This document shows positions 57,118 through 60,740 of a DNA stretch of 60,740 nt, one piece after another; the stretch's first letter is position 1; each line of letters opens with the position of its first letter. The notes beneath the pieces were generated by a model that was not told the DNA's origin, did no database searches, and worked only from the letters and a program-made list of their open reading frames with translations. The stretch lies in the NCBI GenBank assembly GCA_003344405.1, contig NOWV01000152.1:124001-184740 (forward strand), given 5' to 3'. The stretch is from Trichoplax sp. H2 (taxonomy: Eukaryota). The position numbers and the translations under genes were made by a program.

Positions 57118-59357
57118 GATGGCTTTTTCAGTTAGGACAGCGTTGTGACACCCAAATCTAAAATATTAAAAGTTGTTTATCGATTGACAAGCTCAATGTA
57201 ACGATTTTAAATTATTATATGGCTTTGATAAGGTAGTTTTGAATTACTTAGATGAGAATTAAAACAAAACTAAAATTAATAATAACAACCTTCTGGCGCG
57301 ACTGAAACAAGAACATAAACTACGATATTCTTTGTAAGGATGCGAATTTTAATTGAATAGTAAAATGATATGGTGATTTTTATTTTTGTTAGGAAAGATA
57401 GTACAGGAATTTAAATGAAAATTGTTTATTGGTCGTTAGGTTAATGAACTGGTAAGCAAGTACGTTATTGGTAATTTAGCAATTATAACAATAACAATAA
57501 AGAATTACTTGATGCCCTCAATGATAGCTTGCAAATTTTAGTAAATTGAATCAATGCCTTTCTTTAACCTATTGATTACCAGAAACACTGAAATTACTTT
57601 ATTATAGGTAGCAAACAAAACTGTTATAAAAAATATTCACTATCAGAAATGAAAAACGTATCAAGAACAAATTTATTTGCCATTGAAGCAGTCCCACGAC
57701 TGTTAGATGATCTGCAGGTACAATGCAGTAGATAATTATCAGGAATGAAACGGTTAGGAAAGTCCTATTATTTTTAAATTGTAATGATATAAGGAAGTTC
57801 CTTTTAAAAAGATCTGAATTGTAACGTATCACAGAGAATCAAAACATTTAAAGGAAAAAATACTGCGCCTCAAACCGCATCTACTTTGCAAATTTGGTAT
57901 ATTCTAATTAATCTAAAGTGTATTTTGTCAAACTAAATTAAGATATGCAATTCGATATCTTATGTTTAACTATAATAAAAATTATGTATAAGTTTTAATT
58001 TGAACGGAATATAGTATCTTTGGAAAAGAAATTTCACTGCTATATGTTTTAGCCAGCTAAATAAGTATTGTCGGTTATAGATCACTTCTATAAAATTATC
58101 GTCTCAGATCAAACATAATTCACTTTTCTATTGCATTTTCTACCAAAGCTTGGTCTAAAACGCGAATTAAGTCAACATGATATTTATTAATATACTTCAT
58201 ATAAGTAAGCGAATGTAGTATGATACATATTTTGCCAATTTTGTCGGACATATGACGTCAATAATTGATCTAAAGCATTCCTGCTACCGGTGCTTAATTA
58301 CAAACAGCTGATATTTACATATCGGATAATTTTAAATATCTTGAATCGGAACTGGAAACAATGCATTATAATTTGCTCTTTGAAAATTTTCGCGTTCATT
58401 AAGAACAAATGTCCAATTATTTATTAGTAATTTGTTATTAAAAGTTTTGCCCATCCATTTGTTTCTGGGATATTTATGGTAAGTGATTTATGATCGATCA
58501 TCGAAGTAAATGATTATTAACTAGAAGGTACATAGAACTGATCAAATAATCGTATTACTATACTGTACAAAATTTAATATCTGATATTTCCCTAGATGGA
58601 TGATCATCCATCTTTAATTGTTTTCAGCACTATTTTTGAAGAGATACCATTTATGAAATACTATAAAGTTAACGATATTACATTAATCAAGCTGTCTAGC
58701 TGATGACAAGATTTTTTCATATTTAAAAGCTAGCACAATTGTTGGCATTATTAAGGAACAAGATTAGATTAGTACATTACATTCTGAGTTTACTTTCTAA
58801 ATTTGGTGTCATTAATTTATTAGGTTAAAGTACTGTTCTAAATTTATTTTTATAAATCAAATAATTGTAATATTTTAAGCAGCTTTAAGAAAATTCTTTT
58901 AAAGTTAGCGACAATAAAAATCATGTTCACTTCTTACAGAATGGGAACGTAACGGTTCTGCGTTACAATTAAAGTTACTTGGTGATATGCTTAATATATC
59001 TTTATCTTAATCTGTTATATGACTAGTGGTTAATCAATGAATAATTTAATGTCATTTCAGATTCGTGGGCATTACTTTCATAAACTGATATCTAATGTAG
59101 GTAATATACGGCAGTCATTATTGTGTCGGTTTGAGAATCTTAGTAAAACAGTTGGCGAAGATTTGCTTATCACAATCGGACACTCTTAATGATTACTCTT
59201 AAATGCGCTAAATATCTATATGGATTGTAATTTATATAAATAGAATTATGCTATGGCAAAGCTTCTGAATATCAATGCCTTGTATGTATTGCACGATTTT
59301 ATCATGCACAAATATTTTAAAGAAATTCATTGATACATTAGTATTTAAATAGGGAAT

Positions 59358-59913
59358 TGTGACAGTGTTATATACTATAGTAGTATTAGAGTAGAAATAT
59401 CTACGTTAGGATAATTTTGTTAGCCTATCCTTATTTAGTTAACTCCTAGGGAAATTAGAATTATCTACTTACAGTTCGAATCGTTGTGATTGCAACTTAC
59501 TTATGGTAGATTGTAAAATATCGTGGAAATGTCTCCTGCTAGGATATATCGTAATCTGACTATTCTGTTTAGCTATCAGATATCTATGTTTGTAAATACA
59601 GTTGTCTGCATTAGGGAGCAATTGCGAAAATTAATGTCTAATTCAGGGAATGATTCCAAAGTTAATCGTACTAACTATGACTCATAAACTATTAAGGAAG
59701 AGTTTATAAATGTAATATATCGAGTAATAAAGTTAATTCTTAAACTTAGTGTTTAACGTAAAGTAAAATACGAGGGGTCTAAATCTTTGTGTAGTCTGCT
59801 AGTAGAGCAGAAGTGTTCCTGATAGTGCAGATATCGCTCCTTGATACGTGGTTCAAAGAATTGACTTATTGATCGCAAATTACGTTATCTTGTTGGAAAG
59901 CTGTTTTGCGACA
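59358..59913 (+). mobile_element. Solo LTR-like element, family A, copy 2
   Basis: TGTGACA...TGCGACA, near-TSD GGAAT/GAAAT, TATAAA then AATAAA internally. Homologous to 33047-33667. Confidence 0.75.
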
Positions 59914-60175
59914 GAAATGTACTGTCATCCTATCAATTTAGTGATTTAAAAATAGCATTTGTTATATAGAAGCATTACAAGCTAGGAATGATCCTAGCCA
60001 GCAACAAACATTGAAAATATGCTTTCTAATCTGTACTACAGTAAATTAGAATATTAATCAGTTGATGTTTCTATGGAGGTATAATTAAGATTTTGCTCAG
60101 CGAGGACTCCAATCTCCAACGTAATGATATTCTACTTTATTATTGATGAGGTCGCTACTTCTATAAGTTTGTGAT

Positions 60176-60512
60176 TGTAATGTGACTAGTATTGTGATTG
60201 CAGTCTGTCAGCCATGTTTAGTATAATGTACGTTAGATATTTATACTAAGAGATATTTGGCAGCCATAACTATAGACTGTAGTGGTATAGACTCTATGCT
60301 AGAGTACAGATGATTATATACAGTAAGGTGTTGAGTTACTAATAAGGTTATAGGTAAAAATAGAACTGTAAATCATATATTAGGATATGGTTAATTTATT
60401 GTACTTTGGCTGGTGTGAATAATGTCTACATAAGTACTGTAGTCGTATCCATATTGGATTAATGATGGTCCGCAGTAGAATAGTGTTACTAAGAATAATT
60501 TAACTATGTGTA
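60176..60512 (+). mobile_element. Family-B LTR, copy 2, interrupted by a nested element
   Basis: Close match to 50296-50631 from TGTAATG to AACTATGTGTA, then the sequences diverge abruptly. Confidence 0.8.
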
Positions 60513-60740
60513 TGTCACAAACCAGCTTCGTGACAAGGATAACGTAAAATAAATCTCTAAATCTCTTAAAATCTGCGGATTCAGTATCCCTACTCACAAG
60601 AATTTAGACGCCTTTGATTCTACGTTAAACTCAACTAGACAATTGAGAACTACTTTATTCAACTATCTGACGGGCTTATATATACACTTCTACAGCAGCT
60701 AACATCCATGAGTCATCTTATAAAAATACTTAGATGAGAA
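60513..60740 (-). mobile_element. Diverged family-A-related LTR nested in reverse orientation, running off the window
   Basis: TGTCACAAACCAGCTTCGTGACAAGGATAACGTA resembles the reverse complement of the family-A end (TGTCACAAAATAGCTTTGTAACAAGATAACGTA). It also shares ATTTAGACGCCT...TACGTTAAAC and ACTTTATT. Confidence 0.65.

Overview
AT-rich, intron-dense eukaryotic (animal) genomic DNA. The compact introns, gene content and LRR-GPCR style suggest a placozoan such as Trichoplax (inference, not verified). I reconstructed seven spliced genes by hand: a class-III aminotransferase ETNPPL/PHYKPL-like (-), EFHC1/Rib72 (+, with a U12-type intron), phosphatidylserine synthase PTDSS1 (-), RPL11 (+), a secreted CAP-domain protein (+), RPL19 (-), and a ~22-kb LRR-GPCR gene (-). 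The GPCR ectodomain is built from about 48 mostly 72-nt, phase-2 exons that each encode one LRR. The GPCR region carries several solo-LTR-like elements. One has a perfect 5-bp TSD, one is nested in another, and two appear as filled-versus-empty alleles either side of assembly gaps. The housekeeping promoters carry (CAGTA/TACTG)n arrays, and the long first introns of both ribosomal-protein genes are tiled with hairpins. Most short ORFs in the supplied track are spurious or are single exons of these genes.
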